The notes under the pieces were generated by a model. It was not told the DNA's origin and made no database searches. It saw nothing but the letters and a program-made list of their open reading frames with translations. The translations under genes were made by a program, and so were the position numbers. A stretch of DNA of 64,000 bases from an uncultured Gemmatimonadaceae bacterium (GTDB lineage: Bacteria; Gemmatimonadota; Gemmatimonadetes; Gemmatimonadales; Gemmatimonadaceae). Positions 10,162 to 22,464 of this stretch are shown one piece after another (position 1 is the first letter of the stretch; each line of letters starts with the position of its first letter). The DNA lies in assembly GCA_963817955.1 (NCBI GenBank), contig CAWFQK010000005.1, positions 64,001 through 128,000 of the forward strand, in the 5' to 3' direction.

Positions 10162-11352
10162 TCACGTGACAGTCCCTCGCGTGGTTTCGAATGGCTTCCA
10201 GCTCTCATCGCGCAGAATTGCGTCGATCATGTCCACGGCGCGCTCCAACTCATCGTCCTTCGTATAGAAGTGCGGGCCAATGCGAATGCCGGCGTTCGGG
10301 CGATAATCCACGATGATGTCGTTCTTCAACAACGCCTGCGCAACGCCATAGGCGTGGGGCACGTCGAAGGCGACCGTGCCGCCACGACGGTCGGCATCAC
10401 GCGGCGCGCTGACGGCAAAGCCATGCGCGTCGGCGAGTTGGATGAGCCGCGTCGTCTGCCGAATGCTCTTCTCGCGAATCGCGGCGACCCCCGCCCGGCG
10501 GACAATGCGCGGTCCCTCGATCGCGGCGAAGAGCGCGGGAATGGGTGGCGTGCCATTCAGCCAACGCCAGGCATTGCCCGCATACTCCATGTTGGATTCA
10601 AAGGCGAATGGCCGCTCGTGCGCCTGCCAACCGGTGAACGACGGCGTCAGCGCGGCACCCGCCTCCGGCGATACGTACAGAAAGGCGCCGCCCGGACCGC
10701 CGCACAGCCACTTCAATACGCCGCCGCTGACGAAATCCACGCCAAGGGCGGTGACGTCCAGGGGCATGACGCCCACCGAATGGAACGCGTCGAGCGACAC
10801 GCGCGCGCCGACCTCTCTCGCGCGCGCACAGATCGCCGCCACGTCCATGATGAACGCCGACCGAAAGAGCACGTGCGAGATCGCCACGAGTTGCGTCCGG
10901 TCGTCGATGGCATCGATCACGCGCTGTGTGTCGATGCCGATGCCGTCATCACTCGGCACCACCACGATGCGTGCGCCGAGCCGGGTGGCGAGCTGATCGT
11001 ATACGTAACGGACGGAGGGGAAATCCAGCTCCGTCATCACAATGGTATCGCGTGCAGACGGGTACTCGAGCGCCGACAGGACCGCAGTCTGCGCGATCGT
11101 CACGTTCGGCAGCATCGCGATCTCGCCGCGGCCAGCCCCGATCAATGGCGCGATCTCGTCGCCAACCGCGACCGGCATCTCCCACCAACCCCGGGCCCAC
11201 GCACGCACACCGAGCGTTCCCCATTGATCGGTGTACTCCGTGAGCCGATCGGGAACAGCGCGCGGCATGGCGCCGAGCGAATTCGACACGAGATAGTTCG
11301 TGCGCTCGAGGATCGGGAACTCGGCGCGATAGGTGAGCAGCGGGTCGGTCAC
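10162..11352 (-). CDS. Kynureninase-like class V PLP aminotransferase
   Basis: YLVSNSLGAMP, DAFHS, GGVLKWLCGGPG, GW..H..PF and GTPP; GTG start overlaps the permease stop (GTGA). Confidence 0.85.
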   Translation of the reverse strand: MTDPLLTYRAEFPILERTNYLVSNSLGAMPRAVPDRLTEYTDQWGTLGVRAWARGWWEMPVAVGDEIAPLIGAGRGEIAMLPNVTIAQTAVLSALEYPSARDTIVMTELDFPSVRYVYDQLATRLGARIVVVPSDDGIGIDTQRVIDAIDDRTQLVAISHVLFRSAFIMDVAAICARAREVGARVSLDAFHSVGVMPLDVTALGVDFVSGGVLKWLCGGPGGAFLYVSPEAGAALTPSFTGWQAHERPFAFESNMEYAGNAWRWLNGTPPIPALFAAIEGPRIVRRAGVAAIREKSIRQTTRLIQLADAHGFAVSAPRDADRRGGTVAFDVPHAYGVAQALLKNDIIVDYRPNAGIRIGPHFYTKDDELERAVDMIDAILRDESWKPFETTRGTVT

Positions 11353-12668
11353 GCGGTGGTATCGATGTTGAGAGTTCGACGGTAGGATAGGCTGCCAACG
11401 TATACCACGATTGCCACGCCAAGCACCACGAGCAACGCTTTCCATTCGCTCGCCGCCAGGCTCGTGAGCAGCCAGACGATCACCGCCAGCGCAAGCACCG
11501 GAACGAGCCCGGAAAAGGGCACGCGAAAGGGCGTGCCGCTCTCCTGTATGCCGCGACGGCGGAGCTGTACAACGGCCATGCAACACGCCGCATACACGAG
11601 CAGGATGGAACCGTTGGCAATGATCGCCAACCGCTCGAAACTTCCACTCACGGCGAGGGCGATGACGATGATTGTCTGCACGATGATCGCGACATACGGC
11701 GTGCGGAACGTCGAGTGCACCGCCGCGAGCTGCGGCGGAAGGAACCCATCGCGGCCGAACGCGAACAGCATGCGGGGCACCGCGAGCGTCATACCACTGA
11801 CGTAACCGAACATTGATACGGCCGATCCCACCAGGATGAGCGTCCGCCCGGGCGAGCCCATCACGACGGCCGCCGCCTCGGCAAGCGGAGTCTTCTGTCC
11901 GGCCAGCGCCGAGCCAAGGATGCCCTGCGTCACGACTTGGACGAGGAGATAGAGCACCGTCACGCCGAGCATCGCAATGAAGATCGCGCGTGGAACCGTA
12001 CGCGCCGGATCGTCCACTTCGCCGCTCGGCACGAGCGCCGATTCGACACCGAGAAAGGCGAAAATGAGCACCGTTGACGCGCGAGCAATGTCGCCGGCAC
12101 CGGGAGTGGACGTCCACACCAGGTTCTGGCTTCGAGCGGCAAAGATGCCGACTCCCACGAGCAACAACAGCGGCAGCAGCTTGGCCACCGTCATCACGAC
12201 ATTGAACCGGTTGGCACCGCGCACGCCCGCGATGTTGAGCGCACCCAAGGCAACGAGGATCACCGTGAGCGCGATCGAGCGACTGCCGCCGACGCCTAGC
12301 GCGGGAATGAGGGCGCCAAGCGCGTCGGCGAAGAACGACGAAACCGCGGCCGTCGCCGCCGTGATGCCCGCCCAGAGCATGACGCCGGTGAGGAAGCCGA
12401 CCAATGGGCCAAATGCCACCTCGACATAGGCATACAGCCCGCCGGTAAGCGAAACCCGGCTGCCCGCCTCTGCGAAGCAAAGGACGATCAGGGCCATGGC
12501 AATCGCGCACACGACATAGGCGATAGGGGCGGACGCGCCGAGCGCGCTCGCCGCCGCCGCCGGCAGCCGGAAGATGCCGCCGCCAACCGTGATGTTGACG
12601 ATATTGGCGGCGAGCCCCCACACTCCGAGGGCGCGGATCAGGGAACCTTCGTTCCGCGTACGTGTCAT
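11349..12668 (-). CDS. APC family amino acid permease
   Basis: About 12 TM helices; VGGGIF, GGLYAY, FAFLGVE, GEV..P.R..PRA. Confidence 0.93.
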   Translation of the reverse strand: MTRTRNEGSLIRALGVWGLAANIVNITVGGGIFRLPAAAASALGASAPIAYVVCAIAMALIVLCFAEAGSRVSLTGGLYAYVEVAFGPLVGFLTGVMLWAGITAATAAVSSFFADALGALIPALGVGGSRSIALTVILVALGALNIAGVRGANRFNVVMTVAKLLPLLLLVGVGIFAARSQNLVWTSTPGAGDIARASTVLIFAFLGVESALVPSGEVDDPARTVPRAIFIAMLGVTVLYLLVQVVTQGILGSALAGQKTPLAEAAAVVMGSPGRTLILVGSAVSMFGYVSGMTLAVPRMLFAFGRDGFLPPQLAAVHSTFRTPYVAIIVQTIIVIALAVSGSFERLAIIANGSILLVYAACCMAVVQLRRRGIQESGTPFRVPFSGLVPVLALAVIVWLLTSLAASEWKALLVVLGVAIVVYVGSLSYRRTLNIDTTA

Positions 12669-12787
12669 TCCCCAAGAGTAGAGGCCGCTGTTTGTGGCCG
12701 CCACCACTGAAATGCGGGAGGTCGGCCCAGAATTTGTGGCGCGGATCTTTCCCTGCGACCCTGCGTCCCCCCTTTGAGGAGATCACA

Positions 12788-13201
12788 ATGCGTCACTCCG
12801 CACGTCTCGCGGTGCTCGTCCTGTTTGCAGCAGTTACGCCTATGCGCGCCCAGAGCCCCTTCTCGGGCCTCCCCGCCGATACCTCGTCCCACGTCGTCGC
12901 CGACAGCGGCTTGGCGGCGCCTAGCGCATCCACGGCGCCCACATTGGCCGTTGAGCGCTCAAATGTGGCTGGCGCCCCCGTCACAGGGCTGCGGGCCGGC
13001 GCATACACCCGCGAGAGTGCGCGCCCTATGCAACCCAATATGGCGGTCACGCATGCCAACCTCGGTCAATCCCGCGCCATGATGGTCGTGGGAGTGGCAG
13101 CGCTCATTGCCGGCGCAATCATTGGCGGCACGCCCGGCACCTTGATCATGGTGGGCGGCACGGTGGTCGGGCTGGTGGGGTTATACGACTATTTGCAGTA
13201 G
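12788..13201 (+). CDS. Hypothetical exported/membrane protein
   Basis: GAGGA RBS, signal peptide, C-terminal Gly-rich hydrophobic hairpin. Confidence 0.7.
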   Translation: MRHSARLAVLVLFAAVTPMRAQSPFSGLPADTSSHVVADSGLAAPSASTAPTLAVERSNVAGAPVTGLRAGAYTRESARPMQPNMAVTHANLGQSRAMMVVGVAALIAGAIIGGTPGTLIMVGGTVVGLVGLYDYLQ

Positions 13202-13389
13202 GATTGACCGTCGAGGATGGAGGGCGGAATATCGCATTAAGGTGTAGTAATTTCGTGGAGCGTTACGCCTGATATGCCGATACGTCGTAGTAGGTAGCGG
13301 CGTATACAAATCTCGATCTCCTCGAGGGAGCGGTGCCGGGAGTGGCCGACGCTCGCAGACCAAGGCTCAACCTTCAACGTGCACCTGTG

Positions 13390-14481
13390 ATGTCTCGACC
13401 GCCCGATCGCCGCATCGCCCTCGTCCTTGGCGGAGGAGGGATGAAGGGGTTCGCCCACATCGGCGTGATGCAGGCGCTCGAGGAGCGCGGTATCGAGCCG
13501 TCGCTGTACGCGGGCACGAGCATCGGGGCCATGCTGGCCTCGGCGCGAGCGGGGGGGATGACCCCGGACGCGTTGGCGAAACGAGCCACGGCCCTGCGCC
13601 GGCGCGACCTGTTCCGCATCAATCATTTTGGCATGCTCATGGAGCGCATGCGGTCACCCTCGATCTACCTCGAGGATCCGCTACGCGATCTCTGTCGCTC
13701 GGTGGTGCCGGCCGGCAACTTTTCCGACTTGCCACTGCCGCTGCTCGTCAACACCGTGGATCTCGAGCACGGCTCGCCCGTGATCTGGGGGTTGCCGGGA
13801 TTGCGGGACGTTTCCGTACAGGACGCCGTATACGCGTCGTGCGCGCTGCCCGGCTACTTCCCGCCGGGAAGAGTTGCGGACCGGTTATGTGTCGATGGCG
13901 GCGTGATCGATAATTTGCCGGTCGCCATCGCCGGGCTCAATGCGGACCTCATCATCGCGGTGGACGTCGGCAGCACCGATCTCCGCCCGATCAGCGACGC
14001 GATGTCGCTCGGCTTCGCCAATATCTACATGCGCGCGGCGACGACAATGATGCATGCGCTCCAACAGTTCCCGCTCACGCGCTGGGACGGCCCGCCCATG
14101 GTGCTGATTCGTCCGCGGTGTGGCGAAGACTGGCTGAGCTTCGGCAACATCGAGGACACGATTTCTGAAGGACATCGCGCCGCCCTCAAGGCGCTCGAGG
14201 ACATCGACGCGTTTTACGACCAGCCAGGCGGCGTATACCCGCGCCGCCGCTTCGAGGTGGAGGTGGATCGCGACCGCTGCATCGGCTGCGGTTTGTGCGT
14301 GTCGCTCGCGCCCAACCTCATGGGTCTCGATGGCCAGGGGAAGGCGTACGCGCGGACGCGCACCACGGACTGGTCACCGGCCGACGGCGACTTCGTGCAC
14401 TACTGTCCGGCCAATGCGATCACGGCGCGCAAGACCGAGCGGATCGTGCCGCTCAAAGCCGGCGAGCGCGGCGCGGCGTAG
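13390..14481 (+). CDS. Patatin-like phospholipase fused to a C-terminal ferredoxin
   Basis: GGGGMKG oxyanion loop, GTSIG nucleophile, DGG; C-terminal CIGCGLC...YCPANAI. Confidence 0.9.
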   Translation: MSRPPDRRIALVLGGGGMKGFAHIGVMQALEERGIEPSLYAGTSIGAMLASARAGGMTPDALAKRATALRRRDLFRINHFGMLMERMRSPSIYLEDPLRDLCRSVVPAGNFSDLPLPLLVNTVDLEHGSPVIWGLPGLRDVSVQDAVYASCALPGYFPPGRVADRLCVDGGVIDNLPVAIAGLNADLIIAVDVGSTDLRPISDAMSLGFANIYMRAATTMMHALQQFPLTRWDGPPMVLIRPRCGEDWLSFGNIEDTISEGHRAALKALEDIDAFYDQPGGVYPRRRFEVEVDRDRCIGCGLCVSLAPNLMGLDGQGKAYARTRTTDWSPADGDFVHYCPANAITARKTERIVPLKAGERGAA

Positions 14482-14500
14482 TCCGAGGCCGACTGTTCGC

Positions 14501-15529
14501 CTACCGCTTGTCCCCAATCACCCCGAGCACGATACGCTCGTAGCCATCGACCGCGGCCCGTAGTTCATCGATCGAGATGAACTCGTCGTCGCGATGCGCG
14601 ACATGGATGGAGCCCGGGCCGTAGAGGTAAGGCGTGCCCCAGTTGTCGAGCGCGGGAATATCGGTGGCGAAAGCAGCGACGGACGTTGGAAATCCCTCGA
14701 GCGTGCCGAGCTTCACCGGCGGCACAACCGGTCCCCATTCGAGCTCGGCGCGACCGTCGGCCCAGCGCTCGATCATGCCCTTGACGTCCTCGGGCGCGGT
14801 GACGAGTCGGATCATCAACCGCGCCTCCGCCCACGGTGCGACGACGTTATCCGCCACGCCCCCCGCCAACCCGCCAATATTCACCGTGGTGTCCCCGAGC
14901 AGCGCGTCGCACGGAAAGTCGAGAGTGTCGAGCTCCGCGAGCAGGCGTACCAGGTCGCGAGTCGCCGAATGTCCCAGGTGCGGATAGGCTGAATGCGCCG
15001 CGGTGCCCGTCGTGCGCACGATGACGCGAATTGCGCCCTTCGTGCCGACGGCGAGCGTGCTCTCCGTCGGCTCGCCATCGATCATTACGCGGCAGGTTGG
15101 CGGCACGTGCCTGGCCGCGATGGCGTCATTCGCGGCGTGTGCGCCATCGTGCGTCACCTCCTCGCCGACCACGAAGAGCATGGCCACCGGCTGGTTCGCG
15201 CCCCGGAGTCGCTCGGCGGCACAGATCATTGCCGCGGCAATTCCCTTTGCGTCACACGCGCCGCGGCCGAAGATCTTCCCGTCTGCGACACGCGGCGCGA
15301 TGAACGGAGGCACCGTGTCCAGATGAGTCGACAGCGTGACTAGCGGTGCCTCTGTCGCGGTCGCGAACAGGTCGTCGCGGCCTTCGCTCACCGGGATGCG
15401 CTGCGTGCGCCACCCGCGCGAACCGAGATATTGCTCCAGCCAGGTGATAACCTGGCCTTCGCGTCCGCTCGTCGAATCGATCGACATGAGCGAGACGGTC
15501 AACTCTATGGGATCGCTGGGCGTATTCAT
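14501..15529 (-). CDS. M20 family metallohydrolase (ArgE/DapE-like)
   Basis: STHLDTVPP, GRGACDAKG, GEE, DGEPT, GPGSIHVAH. Confidence 0.92.
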   Translation of the reverse strand: MNTPSDPIELTVSLMSIDSTSGREGQVITWLEQYLGSRGWRTQRIPVSEGRDDLFATATEAPLVTLSTHLDTVPPFIAPRVADGKIFGRGACDAKGIAAAMICAAERLRGANQPVAMLFVVGEEVTHDGAHAANDAIAARHVPPTCRVMIDGEPTESTLAVGTKGAIRVIVRTTGTAAHSAYPHLGHSATRDLVRLLAELDTLDFPCDALLGDTTVNIGGLAGGVADNVVAPWAEARLMIRLVTAPEDVKGMIERWADGRAELEWGPVVPPVKLGTLEGFPTSVAAFATDIPALDNWGTPYLYGPGSIHVAHRDDEFISIDELRAAVDGYERIVLGVIGDKR

Positions 15530-15593
15530 CACGGCAAGATCGATGGCCCCGCCAAGGGGCGCAATGTCCTTACTCTCCCCCCCGGAGATTTCC

Positions 15594-18500
15594 ATGTGTC
15601 GTCCAGCCGCCGCCCTTCGTACGTCGTTCGTCTTCCTGCTCGCCGTTACCGGCGTATTGCCGGCACAAGGTGCTCGTAGCGCATCGAGCATCCCGACGCC
15701 GCAACAGGCCACCGCGCCTACCAGTCATGCCGCGCGTACGATGACCGTTGCTGACTACGCACGCTGGCGCACGATCCGTGATGTCGCAATAAGCGATGAC
15801 GGGGCATGGGCGAGCTACGGCTACCAGCAGCGCAGTGTTGACGACACGCTGTTCGTGAAGAATCTCGCCACCTCCGCCGAGCAGAAGATTGCCCGAGCCT
15901 CGCGGGCGCAGTTCTCCGACGACAGCCATTGGATTGCGTACTTCGTCGCGGGGCCGATCAAACCGAACGCGCAACCTGGGGCAGCCGATCAGGCGGCGAC
16001 TGGGCCGGCAAAACTGGAGCTACGAAATCTCGCCACCGGCGTCCTCGTGTCGTGGGACAACGTCGCGTCGTTCGCGTTCTCCAGAGGCTCCCGTGCCCTG
16101 GTGGTTCGCAAGGCGCGGCCGGGCGCACAGCCGGCAGCGACGGGCGGTCGTGGTGGGGCAGCGACGGGCGCGCCACCGAGTGGCGGACGCGGTGCGGCCG
16201 CGGCAACACCCGTTGCCGGCACCGACATGATCCTGCATCACCTTGCCGATGGAGTGGAGGAACTGGTCGGCAGCGTGAACGCCGCGGAGTTCAATCGCCC
16301 CGGCACCGCGCTGGCGTACACCGTGGCCTCGTCGGACCGCGATGGGAACGGGTTGTATCTCGTGTCCACGAGCGATTGGTCGCGCCGGGCGGTCGACAAC
16401 GCGCGCGCCGACTACTCGCGTCTCACGTGGGACGATTCGGGTACCGCCGTCGCTGCGCTACGCGGAATGGATCGCCGCGGCTTCATGGAAAAGGAGAACG
16501 CGCTGGTGGCCGCGACCGGTATCAGCGGTAACGCGATCGCGCCGATCGTGCTCGGACGACAGCAATTGACCGGGCTACCAGATAGCCTGGTGATCAGCGA
16601 GAAGGGCACGCTGGCGTGGAGCTCGGACCGCTCGCGCGTGTTCATTGGTCTCAAGGAGCAAGCGGCACGACCGTCGCCGCGTCGTGATTCCACGGTCGCC
16701 GTGGAACCGGTCGGTAACGTGGACGTCTGGCATTGGAAGGATCCATACATCCAATCGGCGCAGATGGTTCGGGCGCAGCAGGATCGGAATCGCACCTACA
16801 CGGCGAGCGTCCTGCTTGCCGACAAGAAGGTGGTGTCGCTCGGCGACGCACGCATGGATCGCGTGCAAGTGGCGAAAGACGGCCACTACGCCATCGGTCA
16901 GGACGACAAGGACTACGTCGACGACTGGAAGCCGCAGCTCACGGACATATATCGAGTCAACACCACTACCGGCGAGCGGACACTGATCCTGAAAGGACAG
17001 GAGCGTTCCCTTGGCCTGTCGCCGGACGGCAAGTATTTCCTGTACTGGAAGGGCGGTCATGTGTGGTCGTACGACATTGCGGCGAACAAGCACACCAACA
17101 TCACCAAGGCAGCTCCGGTGAGCTTCGTGAACGCCGAGGAGGATCACGTCGGCGAACGACCGTCGTACGGCATCAGCGGATTCACGAAGGACGGCAAGTC
17201 GGTGGTACTCGACCACCGCTACGATATCTGGGTGGTGTCGCTCGACGGCAGCGCCGCGCCGCGAAACTTGACGAATGGCGCGGGCGCGAAGGGCGAGATC
17301 CGGTTCCGGTACCAGCGCCTGGACGCCGACGATAACGCCGCTGGGCCAGCACCGGGAGGAGCCGGCGGCGGACGCGGTGGCGCCGCACCATCGGTCATCG
17401 ATCTGTCGAAGCCGGTGCTCCTCACCGCATACGGCGAGTGGACGAAGAAGGCGGGGTATTACCAGCTCGACGGCGAAGCGCTCACGCCGCTCGTCTATGA
17501 GGATCGCTCGTTCGGCCGGCCCATCAAGGCGAAGAACGCCGACCGCGTGCTCTTCACGCGCGAGACGTTCGCCGAATTCCCCGACTACTGGGTGAGCGAC
17601 ACGCGATTCTCTGCACCGCGTCGTGTGACCGAGGCGAACCCGCAGCAGGCGGAGTTCAAGTGGGGACATCGCATCCTCATCGACTACAAGGACAAGGACG
17701 GTCACAAACTGCAGGGCACGCTCGCCGTGCCGAACGACTATCAGCCCGGCGAGAAGCGGCCGATGCTCGTGTACTTCTACGAACGATTGTCAGAGAACCA
17801 GAATCACTACGAGGTGCCGCGCTATGCATCGGCGCCACAGTACGCCGACTACGTGAGCAACGGGTACCTGGTGTTGCTCCCGGACATCTACTACCACACG
17901 GGACGGTCGCACACGGACATGCTCAACTCCGTCGAAGCGGCGGTGCGCCGCGTGGAGGCGCTTGGGTATGCGGATCCCAAGCGGGTCGGTCTGCACGGCG
18001 GCAGCTACAGCGGACAAGGTGGCGCATACATCGCGACGCAGTCAAAGATGTTCGCGGCGGTCGCGGTCCGCGCTGCGGCGGTAGACCTCGTGGCAGACTT
18101 CAACCAACTCTGGAAGACGTCGGGCACCAACCAGCATCGCTACGACACATATGGACAGGGACGCTTCGGCACGAATCCGTATGAGAATCTGCCCTTATTC
18201 ATGGACCAGTCGGCGGTGTTCCATGCCAAGGACATGAACACGCCATTGCTCATCCTTCAGGGCACGAACGACGGGTCGACGGAGTGGCTGCAGGGCGTGG
18301 AGTTCTACAACGCGCTGCGCTTTCTGAAAAAGCCCGTGATCTTCCTCTCGTACGAAGGTGAGGGCCACGGGTTCACGCGCTACGACAACCAGTACGACGT
18401 CGAGGTCCGCATGCACCAGTTCTACGATCACTATCTGAAGGGCGTGCCGGCGGCGGACTGGATCGCGAATGGAATTCCGTTCCTCAACAAGAAGACGCCC

Positions 18501-18623
18501 ACTGGGGCAGCCGCGCAGCCGGTGCAGCTCATGGGCGGCGGCGCGGGAATCGGGACACCGATGTCCGGCGGCGGCAGCGGTGGCGGCGGCGCCACTCCGC
18601 CGAGTGGGCCGCCGAATCCGTAA
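15594..18623 (+). CDS. Secreted S9 prolyl oligopeptidase family peptidase
   Basis: Signal peptide, beta-propeller region, GGSYSG nucleophile elbow, GTNDG (Asp), EGHG (His). Confidence 0.9.
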   Translation: MCRPAAALRTSFVFLLAVTGVLPAQGARSASSIPTPQQATAPTSHAARTMTVADYARWRTIRDVAISDDGAWASYGYQQRSVDDTLFVKNLATSAEQKIARASRAQFSDDSHWIAYFVAGPIKPNAQPGAADQAATGPAKLELRNLATGVLVSWDNVASFAFSRGSRALVVRKARPGAQPAATGGRGGAATGAPPSGGRGAAAATPVAGTDMILHHLADGVEELVGSVNAAEFNRPGTALAYTVASSDRDGNGLYLVSTSDWSRRAVDNARADYSRLTWDDSGTAVAALRGMDRRGFMEKENALVAATGISGNAIAPIVLGRQQLTGLPDSLVISEKGTLAWSSDRSRVFIGLKEQAARPSPRRDSTVAVEPVGNVDVWHWKDPYIQSAQMVRAQQDRNRTYTASVLLADKKVVSLGDARMDRVQVAKDGHYAIGQDDKDYVDDWKPQLTDIYRVNTTTGERTLILKGQERSLGLSPDGKYFLYWKGGHVWSYDIAANKHTNITKAAPVSFVNAEEDHVGERPSYGISGFTKDGKSVVLDHRYDIWVVSLDGSAAPRNLTNGAGAKGEIRFRYQRLDADDNAAGPAPGGAGGGRGGAAPSVIDLSKPVLLTAYGEWTKKAGYYQLDGEALTPLVYEDRSFGRPIKAKNADRVLFTRETFAEFPDYWVSDTRFSAPRRVTEANPQQAEFKWGHRILIDYKDKDGHKLQGTLAVPNDYQPGEKRPMLVYFYERLSENQNHYEVPRYASAPQYADYVSNGYLVLLPDIYYHTGRSHTDMLNSVEAAVRRVEALGYADPKRVGLHGGSYSGQGGAYIATQSKMFAAVAVRAAAVDLVADFNQLWKTSGTNQHRYDTYGQGRFGTNPYENLPLFMDQSAVFHAKDMNTPLLILQGTNDGSTEWLQGVEFYNALRFLKKPVIFLSYEGEGHGFTRYDNQYDVEVRMHQFYDHYLKGVPAADWIANGIPFLNKKTPTGAAAQPVQLMGGGAGIGTPMSGGGSGGGGATPPSGPPNP

Positions 18624-18659
18624 CGCGGGTGCTCGGGGGCAGTGTAGATTAGACGCAGC

Positions 18660-18688
18660 CTGACGGCCGGAACTATTCGGGCCGTCAG
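18660..18688 (+). other. Stem-loop between the S9 peptidase and acnA
   Basis: CTGACGGCC...GGCCGTCAG inverted repeat; no U-tract. Confidence 0.5.
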
Positions 18689-18749
18689 TGGCTCCGTCTG
18701 TCACCCTCGCATCGGCCCAATGCGTTGGCCGAACCGAGAGACGAATTCC

Positions 18750-21473
<2,724 letters not shown>

Positions 21474-21501
21474 GCCGCGGCCCGAATCGTCTGCAGCAGG
21501 A

Positions 21502-21559
21502 CACCAAACCGAAACTGCGTGACGGCGATTGCTCGCCGTCACGCAGTTTCGGTTTGGTG
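21502..21559. terminator. Perfect 27-bp inverted repeat between convergent genes (likely terminator)
   Basis: CACCAAACCGAAACTGCGTGACGGCGA-TTGC-exact reverse complement. Confidence 0.75.
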
Positions 21560-21622
21560 CTACCGACTTGGTGCTACCGACTTGGTGCTACCGACTTGGT
21601 GCTACCGACTTGGTGCTACCGA
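21554..21622. repeat. 14-bp tandem repeat (TTGGTGCTACCGAC), about 5 copies
   Basis: Four exact copies plus a 13-nt partial copy, read directly. Confidence 0.95.
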
Positions 21623-21646
21623 GTCACCCGAGTGCGGGTTCCGCGC

Positions 21647-22135
21647 CTACCAGGGCACCTTCTTCACGTCCACGTTGTTACCGATCACGGCGCCGAGAAT
21701 ACCGCCAGCCGCCGCACCGATGAGTCCGCCCTTGATCTTGTCGCGGCTCGAGACGGCACCAATCACTGCGCCAGCGCCGGCACCTATAGCTGCGTCACGA
21801 CCGGTGTTCTTCTCCGTGTGCGCCGCAACGGGAGCCGGATAGTACCCGCCGTTCGAAGACGAGCTGTTCGACGACCGGCTTGCCGTAGACGTCCGGCGGG
21901 ACGGTGCACGGTAGACGGGTTGCCGCGCGGTCGTCGCCCGAGGCGCATGTTGTGGCTGGGCGGCGTAGCCGGCCTCGGTGGGCGAGATGACCTGTTGTGC
22001 GTTGTACGGCTGAGCCTGCGACGCAAGAGCGAGGTCATTCTTCAGAGCGTCGTCGACCGCAGGCGAGCTATTCCGTCCGCACGCCGCCGCCAGCATTGCT
22101 GCGGGCACAAGGAGCATCAAATTCATTCGTCGCAT
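21647..22135 (-). CDS. Glycine-zipper lipoprotein
   Basis: Lipobox LAAAC; C-terminal GAGAGAVIGA...GAAAGGILGA. Confidence 0.85.
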   Translation of the reverse strand: MRRMNLMLLVPAAMLAAACGRNSSPAVDDALKNDLALASQAQPYNAQQVISPTEAGYAAQPQHAPRATTARQPVYRAPSRRTSTASRSSNSSSSNGGYYPAPVAAHTEKNTGRDAAIGAGAGAVIGAVSSRDKIKGGLIGAAAGGILGAVIGNNVDVKKVPW

Positions 22136-22175
22136 TAGTTCTCCCGCAAAGGCCCAACCCACGCTCCATACGTAT

Positions 22176-22191
22176 GGCAGGGACCGTTCCG
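22176..22191 (-). promoter_or_regulatory. Possible sigma54 -24/-12 promoter
   Basis: Minus strand CGGAACGGTCCCTGC (GG-N10-GC), about 40 nt upstream of the lipoprotein start. Confidence 0.3.
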
Positions 22192-22464
22192 CGTGCTAAG
22201 TCAGGATTGGCGCGGTTCCCGCCATTGACTGTCCCATAGAGTGACAGATGCTGTCCTCATTGGTGGATTGGAAGAGTGTGACCAGGCACACATTGCGCTC
22301 ACGGCGCACTGCCGCCATGTTGGCGCCAAGGTCATTGGGAGGGAGTTTCCATGGGTCAAACTGACAAAAAGCTGTCGTGCTCGGCGTGAGCACCCACGCC
22401 GACGCGACGCTCAACGGAGGCGCCAATTAACACGGCAACACGACCGGGATCGACGAGCCGGCAG

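Noticed and set aside
11353..12786. 874-aa ORF suggesting a long N-terminal extension of the aminotransferase
   Set aside because: The extension overlaps the APC permease in another frame; the real start is the GTG at 11352
18660..18700. IRE-like element (CAGTG) upstream of acnA
   Set aside because: CAGTG lies at the stem base, not in a loop, and its flanks do not pair
21554..21622. Possible CRISPR array
   Set aside because: Contiguous 14-bp units with no spacers and no cas genes
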